DNA from: an uncultured Acidobacteriota bacterium
GTDB lineage: Bacteria; Acidobacteriota; Blastocatellia; RBC074
Direction: 5' to 3'
DNA length: 64,000 nt
NCBI GenBank assembly: GCA_963813345.1
Contig: CAWEYR010000010.1
Span: 70,592 to 134,591, forward strand
Part shown: positions 11,450 through 21,399 of the stretch, in pieces
How positions within the stretch are numbered: position 1 is the first letter of the stretch
Layout of the letters: every line of letters starts with the position of its first letter
Translations under genes and position numbers: made by a program
The notes under the pieces: model-generated
Told to the model about the DNA's origin: nothing
What the model saw: only the letters and a program-made list of their open reading frames with translations
Database searches by the model: none

Positions 11450-11511
11450 AGAACCCGGGAGCGCCAGGCTCCAGCCTGGCGAATGTCTGTCACGCGCCAG
11501 GCTGGAGCCTG
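11445..11511. repeat. Family C palindromic repeat (CCCGGGAGCGCCAGGCTCCAGCCTGGCG ... CGCCAGGCTGGAGCCTGGCGCTCCCGGG)
   Basis: Near-perfect 28-bp inverted arms with an 11-bp spacer. The second copy is at 16897..16986. It overlaps the last codons of hyuA. Confidence 0.8.
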
Positions 11512-13589
11512 GCGCTCCCGGGCGAATTGCGATTCAGGATCAAATTTCGCCAGGCGTCGACTCGAGCGCGCCATCGCTCGGGAAGCCACGTCGTTGAGCC
11601 ATACTCGACAATGATCGCAGGTGATTCAATTACTTCACCCGGTGAGAAACGCTCGCGATTGTAGACCGCAACTTGTCTCAATCTCGTGCCTACGACTGCC
11701 GATGCACGGTGTGACGGCGTCGCTCGCCTCGCGGCCTTCATTCTGGCTTTAGGTAGGTCGGGTTTTTGCGTGATTCCGTTCGCCCTGAGCCTCAGCGTCA
11801 CAATCTCGATTTCGCGAAGTGGGTCACTGTGCCCATAGCGCTCGAGATGAAGACGGTTGAATTCGCCTATTGGATCACCCGCACCACGGTACTTCGAGCT
11901 CAAAGGACTGACCGCGATAACGCATTGAAAAGGATCTGACCAAATCAGTTTCGCGCCGGGTAAACCCCTCTACTCGAAGATCCGCATGCGCCTTTCTTTC
12001 AAGTCTCAGAAACCTTCGTTCGAAATCAGCACCGAGCGAGTCACCGGCTTTCACCCTCACCATCAGTGTCTGGCTGTAATCTTTCACGACATCGGCAAGA
12101 AGCACACCGAGCGCAGAAAAATTCCCCGGGTCGATCGGAACAATGACTCGGGAGATTCTGAGCGCGTCCGCCAGCGCTACGGCATGCAGCCCGCCTGCGC
12201 CTCCAAAGCTCATCAGAGAAAATAGTCGCGGATCGTGCCCTCGCTCAATTGAAACGAGTCTCAATGCCTGCTCCATGTTCAGATTTGCAACTCGCACGAC
12301 ACCAAGAGCGGCCTCTTCGATACTGAATTTCCGGCTCGAGGCGCGCGCAAGCTCCTTTGCCAGCCTGGCCTAGCGCTGTTCGCGAACGCTCGACATCGAG
12401 CGGCATAGAGTTGGATAGCAGTCCCACCCCGCCAAAGCGGCCAAGGATCAGATTCGCATCGGTGACAGTCGGTTGATCGCCGAGGCCGTAACAGGCGGGT
12501 CCCGGATCAGCTCCCGCCGACTGCGGACCTACACGTAAGGCGCCTCCAGCATCGACTCTCGCAATCGATCCGCCTCCTGCACCCACAGTGTGAATGTCGA
12601 GAACCGGAACAGCGACGGGCAAGCCTGCAAGTATCGCCTCATTCGTGGTTATAGCCTTGCCGGTGGAGAGTGACACGTCGGTCGAGGTGCCACCCATATC
12701 GAATGTAATAACTCGCTTGAAGCCGGCTTGCTTACCAATTGCAAGTGCCGCAACGACTCCGCCGGCTGGACCAGACAGGATGGTCCTAACCGGCTCGCGA
12801 GCTGCTTGCTGAGCGGATATCGACCCACCCGACGATTGCATGATTCGGACGCGTGGCCGGTGCCGGTTCCCTTCAGTAGTGTTCAATCCTTGTTCGAGGT
12901 TGCTCAGATATCGTCCGACTTTCGGCACGAGATAAGCATTGATGACAACGGTAGAAGTCCGCTCATATTCCCGATATTCCGGGAGAATCTCATGAGAAAG
13001 GGAGATATGGACTCCAAGGTCTGAGAGAGCTTTTGCGAGCACGGTCTCATGAACCGGGTTGGCAAATGAAAAGAGCAGACATACGGCAATCGATTCCACG
13101 CGAGCACGTTTCAGCCGCTCACGAAGTTGCGGCAAGAGCTGCCAGGTTGAGATCGTCGAGAATAGAACCATCTGAGGCGATACGCTCGGCAATTCCGAAA
13201 CGCAGATTCCGGGGGACCAGCGGGGAGCGGCGCTCTACGTTCAAGTTATAAAGATCGGGCCGTGCCTGGCGGCCAATCTCGATAACGTCCTCAAAACCCG
13301 CCGTGGTGATAAGCGCCGTGCGAGCCCCTTTGCCCTCGAGAAGAGAATTTGTACCGACAGTCGTGCCGTGCGCGATTTCAATCGCGAGCCCTGGTGGGAC
13401 CGCGCCGTCAACCTGTTTGTCTGCAATCAGTTTGATGATGCGATCGACACCGGCAATAATCGACTTTTCGGGATGACGTGGGGTGGAAGGGAGCTTAAAG
13501 GCGATCCGTTGACCCTTCCAGGTCGCAACGAAGTCGGTGAACGTGCCGCCAGTATCAATCCCTATCCGTAAGTTCAATTGTGTTATCAT
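11490..13589 (-). CDS. hyuA: Hydantoinase A / 5-oxoprolinase subunit (HyuA family); at least 3 frameshifts
   Basis: Four consecutive minus-strand ORFs in different frames (13119..13589, 12245..13192, 11875..12297, 11490..11903). In order they give MITQLNLRIGIDTGGTFTDFV...HGTTVGTNSLLEGKGARTALITTAGFEDVIEIGRQ; ...SIAVCLLFSFANPVHE...FDMGGTSTDVS; ...ERGHDPRLFSLMSFGGAGGLHA; ...FNRLHLERYGHSDPLREIEIVTLRL. Confidence 0.85.
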
Positions 13590-13806
13590 TTACGCGATGT
13601 ATTCATTTTGTGAAACACAATCTGCTTCTCAGCGTGAGAATAACGATGTCGTTTGACTTCACGGCGGGCCGCAGTTGCTTTGCCGGGTAACGTAAGCTAC
13701 AACAGGAGTTCCCCTTTTCGCGCCTGCGGGCCACAGAAAGAACGGGGAGCAATTATCACTTTTCGACGCGCAGACGTCGAGAGTCTTGTGGGAGGATGGA
13801 TCTCTA

Positions 13807-14385
13807 ATGATACGAAAACCGCTGATCGTCGCGCTTACCCTCGTGTGTTTGTTTAGTGCGACGGCACTCGCCCAGAACAAACCACTCGTTTATACGGTCG
13901 GTCCGAAACTCGCAATCGGAACATTGAACACCGGACAGCCAGACGAATATCAGGTCCGTGGCAAAGCCTCATACACGCTCACAGCCGCGAATTCGGATGA
14001 TACGCTGGTGGGAGTTCTAACCTACACGCTTCCCGACGAAGCCCGTCAAAAGATTGCGCAACTCACCGGCAAGCCGGTAGCTCAGGTGCCCGCAACGCAT
14101 ACGTTGAAAGATGTCGTCGCGGAATTCCAGAAGGGTACGGCGTGCCCTGTCGTCCACCTCGAGATCAAGCCGATGGATATGACGGTTGCCGGAACGAAGC
14201 TCCGCTTCACCAAGAAGATGGTTCTTGACGTTCAGGGTCGCGAACCTGGATCGCTCCAGAAGTTCACTCCACAGCAGGAAATGGATATCCAGTTCTGCGT
14301 GTGGACGCGGCAGATCAACAACGGCGCCATTCGCCGCGGGATCATCCAGCGCGTGAATCAGTTGATCGCCGGTGAGAATCCGTAA
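13807..14385 (+). CDS. Secreted hypothetical protein, paralogue 1 (unknown family)
   Basis: Signal peptide MIRKPLIVALTLVCLFSATALA. Shares YTLT, RQKIA, KGTACP, (C)..TRQIN and RRGI motifs with the downstream gene. Confidence 0.65.
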   Translation: MIRKPLIVALTLVCLFSATALAQNKPLVYTVGPKLAIGTLNTGQPDEYQVRGKASYTLTAANSDDTLVGVLTYTLPDEARQKIAQLTGKPVAQVPATHTLKDVVAEFQKGTACPVVHLEIKPMDMTVAGTKLRFTKKMVLDVQGREPGSLQKFTPQQEMDIQFCVWTRQINNGAIRRGIIQRVNQLIAGENP

Positions 14386-14959
14386 CCAGCAAAGGTTATT
14401 GCACATTCTACTGTCGGTAGCGGCGGTTCTGCCTGCATTCCTGATCACGGAGGCGGGGCAGCCCCGCCCTCCGGTCGTCTATACCACGCCTGCGCGCAAC
14501 CTCGAGTTTTCCTTCGTTCCTGCCACGTCGTCGGCTTCCGGTGCGATCAGCTCTCCTGTCGCTCTGGATGGGCGCGCCAATTACACACTCACATCAGTAG
14601 GAGACGACGACAGCCTCAGCGGAACATTTACGATCATTCTTTCGAATGTGGTGCGGCAAAAGATTGCCGAAATTACGCAGTCGAAGGTCGACCAGGTCGC
14701 GGAAACCTACTCGCGTAAGAACGTGCCGGCGAAATTCGCAAAGGGCACGGCCTGCCCAAGTATCGATATCGAATTTGCGGAAGTTGAGATTGACGTGACA
14801 GGTGGTCGGATTGCGACGTCCGGCGCAAAACTTGTCATGCCAGAGTCAGCCGATCGACTAGTACAGTTGATGTGCTTCCTGACCCGCCAGATCAACGCCA
14901 ATCTCGAAAGACGCGGTATCGTCCGCAGCATCAATCGCACGATTGAAGGGGATAAGTGA
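14372..14959 (+). CDS. Secreted hypothetical protein, paralogue 2 (unknown family)
   Basis: Start overlaps the stop region of paralogue 1 by 14 nt. N-terminal hydrophobic segment LLHILLSVAAVLPAFLI. Two cysteines conserved with paralogue 1 (GTACP, MCFLTRQIN). Confidence 0.65.
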   Translation: MRIRNQQRLLHILLSVAAVLPAFLITEAGQPRPPVVYTTPARNLEFSFVPATSSASGAISSPVALDGRANYTLTSVGDDDSLSGTFTIILSNVVRQKIAEITQSKVDQVAETYSRKNVPAKFAKGTACPSIDIEFAEVEIDVTGGRIATSGAKLVMPESADRLVQLMCFLTRQINANLERRGIVRSINRTIEGDK

Positions 14960-14967
14960 GAAGAGGG

Positions 14968-15101
14968 TGCTGAGTGCTGGTGCGGGTGCTGGGTGCTGAG
15001 TATGGAGTTCAAGCTTTAGCTTGCCGTCTGCAATGCATTGCGAACGAGCAAGCTAAAGCTTGAACTCCATACTCAGCACTCAGCACTCAGCACTCAGCAC
15101 T
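14968..15101. repeat. Family A palindromic repeat with GTGCTGA/GGTGCTG heptamer flanks
   Basis: Left flank: about 5 heptamers. Core: GAGTTCAAGCTTTAGCTTGC (15005..15024) ... GCAAGCTAAAGCTTGAACTC (15049..15068). Right flank: 4 x TCAGCAC. Confidence 0.85.
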
Positions 15102-15110
15102 CTCTTTGAA

Positions 15111-15515
15111 TCACCTGCGGTGCGTGATCATACTGTCAACGCTCCACGCGCCGCCTCCCGCGAAGGACAAGTAGAGAAACAGAAAAGAGTACAGCGCAGC
15201 GAGCTCACCACCATTGAGGACAGGGTAAAAGCCTTGTGGCGCGTGAGCCATGAAATAGGCTACGGCCATCATCCCTGAAAGCAGAAAGGCAACGGGCCTG
15301 GTGAAGATACCAAGGAGCAGTAAGAGCCCGCCGAAAAACTCCAGGATTCCTGCAACCAGCACAAGTGCAGGCAAAGGGCTGGGCATAGGTTGCTGGGGTG
15401 GTGGATAGCCAAACAGCTTCTGAGCGCCGTGCTGCATGAAAAGCAACGCAGCTACGATTCGCAAAACGCTGAGTATCCGGGGAGCCCAGGTTGAATACAA
15501 GGATTCGTAGGCCAT
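15111..15515 (-). CDS. DoxX family membrane protein
   Basis: MAYESLYSTWAPRILSVLRIVAALLFMQHGAQKLFGYP... Four TM helices typical of DoxX. The upstream ORF extension overlaps the neighbouring gene and is discounted. Confidence 0.7.
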   Translation of the reverse strand: MAYESLYSTWAPRILSVLRIVAALLFMQHGAQKLFGYPPPQQPMPSPLPALVLVAGILEFFGGLLLLLGIFTRPVAFLLSGMMAVAYFMAHAPQGFYPVLNGGELAALYSFLFLYLSFAGGGAWSVDSMITHRR

Positions 15516-15543
15516 TCGTCCTCCTGTCAGCGATTGTGTTTGA

Positions 15544-16791
15544 TCAGTGACTGTGCGGGTGAGGATGCGTCTGGTAATGCTGTCTGAGCAAGTCCTTGCC
15601 GTAGTCATTTCCGTTGGGCGTTCTGACCACGGTATGAATATGTTCCCGAGTCGGTGTGCGCCGGTCGAGATGCCGGAGCGCAATTGGAAGCTGATGATCA
15701 AACTCGATGAGAATCACCGGGCTCTGAATACGATAGTAGAAAACACTCGTTGAATCTGAGCCGCCGACCCACGCGAACCATGTGTCATCGAGATGTTTTC
15801 GTACTTCATCCATCTTCACTTTCGCATGGCCGTCTCTCATGTTCCGCACGTACTCGTTGATCACCTCCAGCAGTTGCTGCTTTTGTGGTCCGGACAGTTC
15901 CGCCGCTCGTATGCCTGCATAGTTAAGGACGATATTGTCCTTGAAGGCTTCACCAACGTTGTTGTTGCCTGACTTTGAGACGTTGATGATCGCTTTTGCG
16001 CGCTGTTTTTCATCCAGAGCCTTGAGGAGTGCCAGTCCCTTATCCTGCTCGTCCTGCAGCACTCTCGTGCCCGCGTACTTCCCCGCGTTCGCAATCACCG
16101 GTTCAGAACCCATGAAGGTTGGCGACATCACCACCTGATCGCCCATCACAAAGTAATTGATGTTGAGATGATGGCCGTCGAGCTGCCATCCCCACGGCTC
16201 TTTGTCTGAGGGCGACCCCATGACTGTAATCCAATAGAGCGAGTCACCATATTGTTCGAAGTCGTTGTTATTGAGCTCACCGAGCGTGTGGTTGAGATTC
16301 ATGATGTCGCGTGAAAGTTTCAACCCCTTCGCGCTCAGCGACGCGCGCAGCAATCCAATCGCGCTTTCGCGTTGCGCGTCAGACATCTCCTTAAAGCTCG
16401 TACCCTGACGGATATAAAAATGCTGGTTCATCCACTTGCGCCATTCCGGATCATCGACCGCATATTCGGTGCGTGCCCGCTGCTCTTTGGTCAAGGCGGC
16501 AAGGAACAGAGAGGCTGCCTTACGGACTGGTTCCGTTGAGACTCCGGTCGACCGTACAGAAAAAAGGCCCGGTACTACCGCGCCTTCGGTAGTAACGCCT
16601 TTGAACGGTTCCTGAAGGCCCCGCGTTTCAGCATCCTTCGACATTTGCCGGAAACGTTCTTCTCGGCTTGCGGTTTGCGAACCAGGCTGTTGTTGCGAAA
16701 GCGTTCGAACGCCCAGTCCGACAATGGCGAGCAACGCGACATACCCTAGAAACGAAAAGCAACGTGCAATTGGCAAATCTGGATTAGTCAT
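15544..16791 (-). CDS. Secreted hypothetical protein, DUF3500-like, with C-terminal His-rich tail
   Basis: Intact 415-aa ORF. N-terminal anchor or signal LGYVALLAIVGLGV. Motif WGWQLDGHHLNINYF. Ends HYQTHPHPHSH. The family call rests on recall of the GHH-containing DUF3500 and is uncertain. Confidence 0.5.
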   Translation of the reverse strand: MTNPDLPIARCFSFLGYVALLAIVGLGVRTLSQQQPGSQTASREERFRQMSKDAETRGLQEPFKGVTTEGAVVPGLFSVRSTGVSTEPVRKAASLFLAALTKEQRARTEYAVDDPEWRKWMNQHFYIRQGTSFKEMSDAQRESAIGLLRASLSAKGLKLSRDIMNLNHTLGELNNNDFEQYGDSLYWITVMGSPSDKEPWGWQLDGHHLNINYFVMGDQVVMSPTFMGSEPVIANAGKYAGTRVLQDEQDKGLALLKALDEKQRAKAIINVSKSGNNNVGEAFKDNIVLNYAGIRAAELSGPQKQQLLEVINEYVRNMRDGHAKVKMDEVRKHLDDTWFAWVGGSDSTSVFYYRIQSPVILIEFDHQLPIALRHLDRRTPTREHIHTVVRTPNGNDYGKDLLRQHYQTHPHPHSH

Positions 16792-16896
16792 TTAGGTCTC
16801 CTGGGAATCGGTGAAGATCTCCTTTGCGCTAACTCTAGCCCTGATGGGCGATTGACGCCAGACCCACGAGCGTATGTTCGTAGCCGAGAGTCCGTG

Positions 16897-17015
16897 GGAG
16901 CGCCAGGCTCCAGCCTGGCGCGTGTCAATGTCGCTAAGGCGTTCGGCGATGATGACTGCGCCAGGCTGGAGCCTGGCGCTCCCGGGCGCTGGCGCTCCCA
17001 GGGCGGTACAGCGTA
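16897..17015. repeat. Family C palindromic repeat followed by a Family B half-site (GGCGGTACAGCGTAGC)
   Basis: GGGAGCGCCAGGCTCCAGCCTGGCG ... GCGCCAGGCTGGAGCCTGGCGCTCCCGGG, then CGCTGGCGCTCCCAGGGCGGTACAGCGTA. Compare 32866..32901. Confidence 0.8.
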
Positions 17016-17109
17016 GCTTTACTTGCGGTTGCACCATTCTGTGCTAGAATGACGCTGTCCGTCCCCGCAGAATGCCAAGACGAGTTCTATCTTTTTACGT
17101 TTCAGGGGA

Positions 17110-18126
17110 GTGGCCATGTTCAGGAAAGCGATATCCATTGGGGCGCTGAGCATCATTGCTACGGTGTTCTTTGGTCTTGCTGTCACCCAGGCACAGCAGG
17201 AGGTCCAGGAACCCCGGTCAGCAACGCCCGCCCGGCAGGACCTGACTCCGGCGGCTTCCGACGACAAGCAGAAACGCGACCAGGGTCCGGTTGTCAAAGA
17301 GCGCACCGATGTCGTCACACTCTCCGTAACGGTTACAGACCCCTACAATCGTCTTGTTACCGGGCTCAACAAAAACAATTTCGAAATCTTCGAAGACAAG
17401 ATCAAACAGGATATTGAGTTCTTCAGGGATGAAGATGTACCGGTAAGTCTCGGCATAGTATTCGACGTTTCGGGCAGTATGAAAGGCAAGCTCGACCGCG
17501 CGCGCGACGCATTGAAAGCGTTCATCGAGACGAGTCACGATGATGATGACTTTTTCCTCGTCGGATTCAACCAGCGTGCAAATCTGCTCTCGGAATTCGC
17601 AGACGGCTCGAGCGTCGTCAACAAGCTGAGTTTTGTCGACGCCAAAGGGCAGACGGCGCTTTACGATGCAGCATACCTGGGCATCGAAAAAGTCCGGCAG
17701 GGACGGCACGCCAAGCGCGCGCTTCTGCTCATCTCTGATGGCCAGGACAACTCGTCGCGGTACACGTATGGCGAGCTCCGGAAGCTTCTCAAGGAAGCCA
17801 ACGTTCAGATCTACAGTATTGGAATCGTCGAAATGGGCGGCGGTGCGGGCAGCTCGCTTGATCTGCAGGGGCAATCAATTCTCGAAGAAGTCGCTCAGGT
17901 CACCGGCGGAAAGGCATTCTTCCCCCGGTCAGGAGCAGAGCTCGAAGACGCGACAACACGAATTGCGCTTGAACTGCGGCATCAATACAGTATCGGCTAC
18001 ATTCCTACCAACGTGAAGCGTGACGGCCAGTGGCACAAGCTTCGAGTCAAAGTGAACCCGCCAAAGGGTCTTCCGAGTCTCCAGGTAAGGACAAAGGAAG
18101 GCTACTATTCTACGGCTGAGAAGTAG
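17110..18126 (+). CDS. VWA domain-containing secreted protein
   Basis: Signal peptide MAMFRKAISIGALSIIATVFFGLAVTQA. MIDAS-type vWA core (VSLGIVFDVSGSMKG ... LLLISDGQDNSS ... IYSIGI). Confidence 0.8.
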   Translation: MAMFRKAISIGALSIIATVFFGLAVTQAQQEVQEPRSATPARQDLTPAASDDKQKRDQGPVVKERTDVVTLSVTVTDPYNRLVTGLNKNNFEIFEDKIKQDIEFFRDEDVPVSLGIVFDVSGSMKGKLDRARDALKAFIETSHDDDDFFLVGFNQRANLLSEFADGSSVVNKLSFVDAKGQTALYDAAYLGIEKVRQGRHAKRALLLISDGQDNSSRYTYGELRKLLKEANVQIYSIGIVEMGGGAGSSLDLQGQSILEEVAQVTGGKAFFPRSGAELEDATTRIALELRHQYSIGYIPTNVKRDGQWHKLRVKVNPPKGLPSLQVRTKEGYYSTAEK

Positions 18127-18553
18127 ACGTCAGCTGACGCAAGATTCCGCCTGAAGGCGGTACAACGTACCTTACTCCGCTTTTTTCTTTCGTGCCCTTT
18201 GTTTTCTTCTCGGTTTGAAAACTCTTTACAGCTGCGTCTTCGTCGGGGAAGGACTCGATCAGGTCGAGAAGCTGTGTAATCTTCAGCGCGCCGTAAACGC
18301 GGTCGGTCAATCCTACGAGTTTCAACTCGCCACCACCGTCCTTGACCCTCTTGTAAGCGCGCACGATCTCGCCGATGCCCATGCTGTCGATGATAGGCAC
18401 CTCAGTCAGATTGAGCAGTATTTGATTGGTTCCAGTGCCCATAACCCTGTCGATAAGCATCTGTAACTGGAATCCACCCTGTCCCTTGATGAATTTTCCA
18501 CGAAGGTCCAGCGACGCGATCGTTTCCACGTAATGTATGCCAATCGTTAACAT
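18110..18553 (-). CDS. STAS-domain protein (anti-sigma-factor antagonist, SpoIIAA-like) with repeat-encoded C-terminal extension
   Basis: MLTIGIHYVETIASLDLRGKFIKGQ...DSMGIGEIVRAYKRVKDGGGELKLVGL...VYGALKITQL. The last 12 or so residues ([14 protein letters not shown]) are translated from the Family B repeat. The start could alternatively be upstream at 18613. Confidence 0.7.
   Translation of the reverse strand: MLTIGIHYVETIASLDLRGKFIKGQGGFQLQMLIDRVMGTGTNQILLNLTEVPIIDSMGIGEIVRAYKRVKDGGGELKLVGLTDRVYGALKITQLLDLIESFPDEDAAVKSFQTEKKTKGTKEKSGVRYVVPPSGGILRQLTSTSQP
18143..18171. repeat. Family B hairpin repeat (reverse orientation: GATTCCGCCTGAAGGCGGTACAACGTACC)
   Basis: Exact reverse complement of the 1657..1685 copy. 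Lies in the 3' end of the STAS ORF. Confidence 0.8.
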
Positions 18554-19203
18554 AGATGTGGGGAATACTCTTCCAGAGCCGTTTTCTGCGGAAGGCGCTC
18601 TAAGCAGCGCCAAAGTACATCCTGCATTCTAACCGACAAGATGCTAAGTTCAAACCGTTGTCACTGGTGGTGACTCGGTTACTTCGAAAAACCTACTCTC
18701 TCCCGTTCGCGACCACTTTACAAACACAGTTCAAAAAAATGAGGTTGGTGTGAGCCAATTCGCCGCAAAATTTCGCCTTCCCGATTGAGACCGCAGGCAA
18801 CAGGTTAGTTGCCTCGCGCAGTGGTGAAGCCGTTGGCCAAGTGTCAATGCCATTTCAAGAAAACGCAGGCTGGTGAGCTTCCACCGTGCCAGACAGCAGA
18901 CCAGAGTTATTGGCCTGCAAAGGAGAAGATCATGTTTGTGGAAATCATGGGAATCTTCCTGTTGTTCAGCGCCAGCTTCTTACCGTCCACGACCCAATCA
19001 GATGGCGGATTGACCTCCCCGAAGCGCGTCGAGCAGCATCGCATCGTTACGCGTCCTGACCTCTCTCACGAGTACTTGCTTAACCCAGCTAGTTCCGGCT
19101 GCCCAAGCTGCCGCCCCCGTTGAGATTTCAATGGGGTACGTGCCGGGACGAGTATGAGACCCCGCATTGAACCAAAACCAGTTCGCGATAGGAGGATGTA
19201 TCG

Positions 19204-21164
19204 TGAAAAAGAAGATAGACCACATCACCAACCCAATCACTCTTGCAATCGTCATAGCCGGATTGGCGGTCGCGCTGCCGCTGTCGACAGTGAGCGCGAG
19301 GTTTTCTACGTCCGCGCAAGCCGCTAACAGATATTCAGACGAATCCACTCTCTTGCAGGATTCGCTGCAGGAAGCCGTGGCGGACACGCGCTACGAGGCG
19401 CGTTGGGAAGAAAGACCGGCGAAAGGCATGTTGCCGTCCGCGTACCACGCGCCCAACCCCGCGCAGCAGTATGACGCGTATTTCACACCGAACGGCTTAA
19501 GCCTCACGCCGCAAGTGACCGCGCCGAATGACGCTATGCCGAAGTGGCGAGTGGGAATGAGGCTCATCGGTTTCGGCTATGGAGAGGATCTCCTAAATGT
19601 GGGTACAGCTGCGATAGAGACGCACGGCGCCAGAATTGAGTACCGCCGGACCTGGCTGCCGATTACCGAGTGGTACGTCAACAAGGCCGCGGGGCTGGAG
19701 CAAGGCTTCACCATCGACACTGCGCCGGGAACAAAGTCAGAGCGCGAGCCGTTGAGGCTGGCGTTAGAACTGACAGGCGACGTGAGCGCGGAATTGGCGA
19801 ACGGAGGGCAAAGCATCGTCTTCAAACTAGCGGACGAGAAACCAGCAGTGACCTATAGCGGCCTGTATGCCTATGACGCGCAAGGCCGAGAACTGCCGTC
19901 CGAGATGAATCTGAGCAAGGGGCAGGTGATTCTCGAGGTGGATGACGAGAATGCAATTTATCCGGTGACGATTGATCCCACTTTTAGTGTGCAGACGAAA
20001 ATAGTCCACCCCTTTGCTGCGAGTGATCCCGAGTTTTCTGGTAGTTCGGTTGCTATTTACGGCAACACTGTCGTGGTCGGCGCGCCGAGTAAAAATGATG
20101 GTGCTAACGTCAATCAAGGCGTGGCGTATGTACTCACGTATTCCAATAATGTCTGGGGCCACCAGGCGACACTTCGGCCTAGCGATGGCGCGACCGATGA
20201 CCATTTTGGCGTCTCTGTTGCGATCAGCGGTAATACTATCGTGGTGGGGGCGCGTCACGCTGACGTCAATTCCAACAGCGATCAAGGCGCGGCTTACGTG
20301 TTTGTGCGCAACGGCGGCATTTGGACCGAACAACAAAAGGTAACCGACTTTTTTGGCGGAATGGCTCAAGATCGCTTCGGCACTTCTGTTGCCATCAGCG
20401 TAGATACATTGGTGGTGGGGGCGGACCCCTTCCCACGTCAAGGCGCGGCGTATGTGTTCGTGCGCAGCAGCGGCGTTTGGAGCCCGCAACAAAAACTGAC
20501 AAACAGCACCGGAACGACCTATGACATTTTCGGCGTCAGGGTCGCCATCAGCTTGAATACTGTGGTGGTGGGTGCGGCGCAGGACACGATTGGCTTCAAC
20601 TCGCCGCAGGGCTCGGCCTACGTCTTCGTTCGCAACGGAACCGTTTGGAACCAGCAGGCCAGGCTGATTGCCGGAGACGGAGCGGCCGGCGACCAGTTCG
20701 GGTTCTCAGTAGCCATTAGCGGAGATTCGGTCGTAGTCGGCGCGCCTTTTGATTCTGTCGGGACCAACTCTCTTCAAGGTTCGGCCTACGTTTTTACGCG
20801 TACCCTCTCGTCATGGAACCAGCAGGCAAAACTAACTGCGAGCGATGGGAAGGTTGGTGACTATTTCGGCTGGTCGGTCGCCATACACGGTTATACGATC
20901 GTGGTGGGAGCGCCTCATGACGACGTGCAGAGCTCTCAGCAGGGTTCTGCCTATGTGTTCGTGCAGACCGGCCAAATCTGGAGTCAGCAACAGCAGCTTA
21001 CCGCCTTTGACGGGTGGGCTTCCGACAAGTTCGGCACCTCAGTAGCCACCAGCGCCGGCGCGATCGTGGTAGGGGCGCCTTTGGATGACTTTCCTTATGG
21101 GGCCTGCCGTCCCTGGTGCAACAGCTCTGCTGACCAAGGCTCAGCCTACGTATTCAGACAATGA
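19204..21164 (+). CDS. Secreted FG-GAP / integrin-alpha-like beta-propeller repeat protein
   Basis: GTG start with signal peptide MKKKIDHITNPITLAIVIAGLAVALPLSTVSA. About 280-aa unknown N-domain, then seven repeats of about 60 aa (QGxAYVFxRxGxxWxQQxKLxAxDGxxxDxFGxSVAISGxTxVVGAP). Confidence 0.8.
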
Positions 21165-21350
21165 TGTTTTCCGGACTTAATCACTATGGACGAGTAGGCT
21201 GAACTCGTCCGGCCGGCGCACTGACGAACACCTTCGTCGAGGCGCCGGTCCCTATCCTGGACTAGCCGAAATCGCGCACGAAAGTTTCCCACCGTTTCTT
21301 CATCGTCTCCATGAAACCCTGAGCGCGTTTGGGGGGAGGCCGGAACTAAG

Positions 21351-21399
21351 TTTGAGTTCAAGCTTCAGCCTGTGATGACAGCTGAACTTGAACTCAAAT
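21351..21399. repeat. Family A palindromic repeat, short degenerate copy
   Basis: TTTGAGTTCAAGCTTCAGCCTGT GATGAC ACAGCTGAACTTGAACTCAAA. Confidence 0.65.

Noticed and set aside
7621-13589. Interpreting the hyuA and hyuB fragments as independent small genes or genuine pseudogenes
   Set aside because: The fragments are collinear with single HyuA and HyuB proteins and the breaks are simple frame changes. Essential genes in the window show the same pattern, so indel error is the simpler explanation.
14968-15101. Heptamer tandem arrays considered as a possible CRISPR array
   Set aside because: Units are only 7 nt long, there are no spacers, they flank a palindromic core symmetrically, and no cas genes are present.
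16792-17037. ORF 16792..17037 (81 aa) and ORF 11391..11597
   Set aside because: Their translations run through Family C palindromes (…PGSARLQPGA…). These are repeat read-through, not genes.
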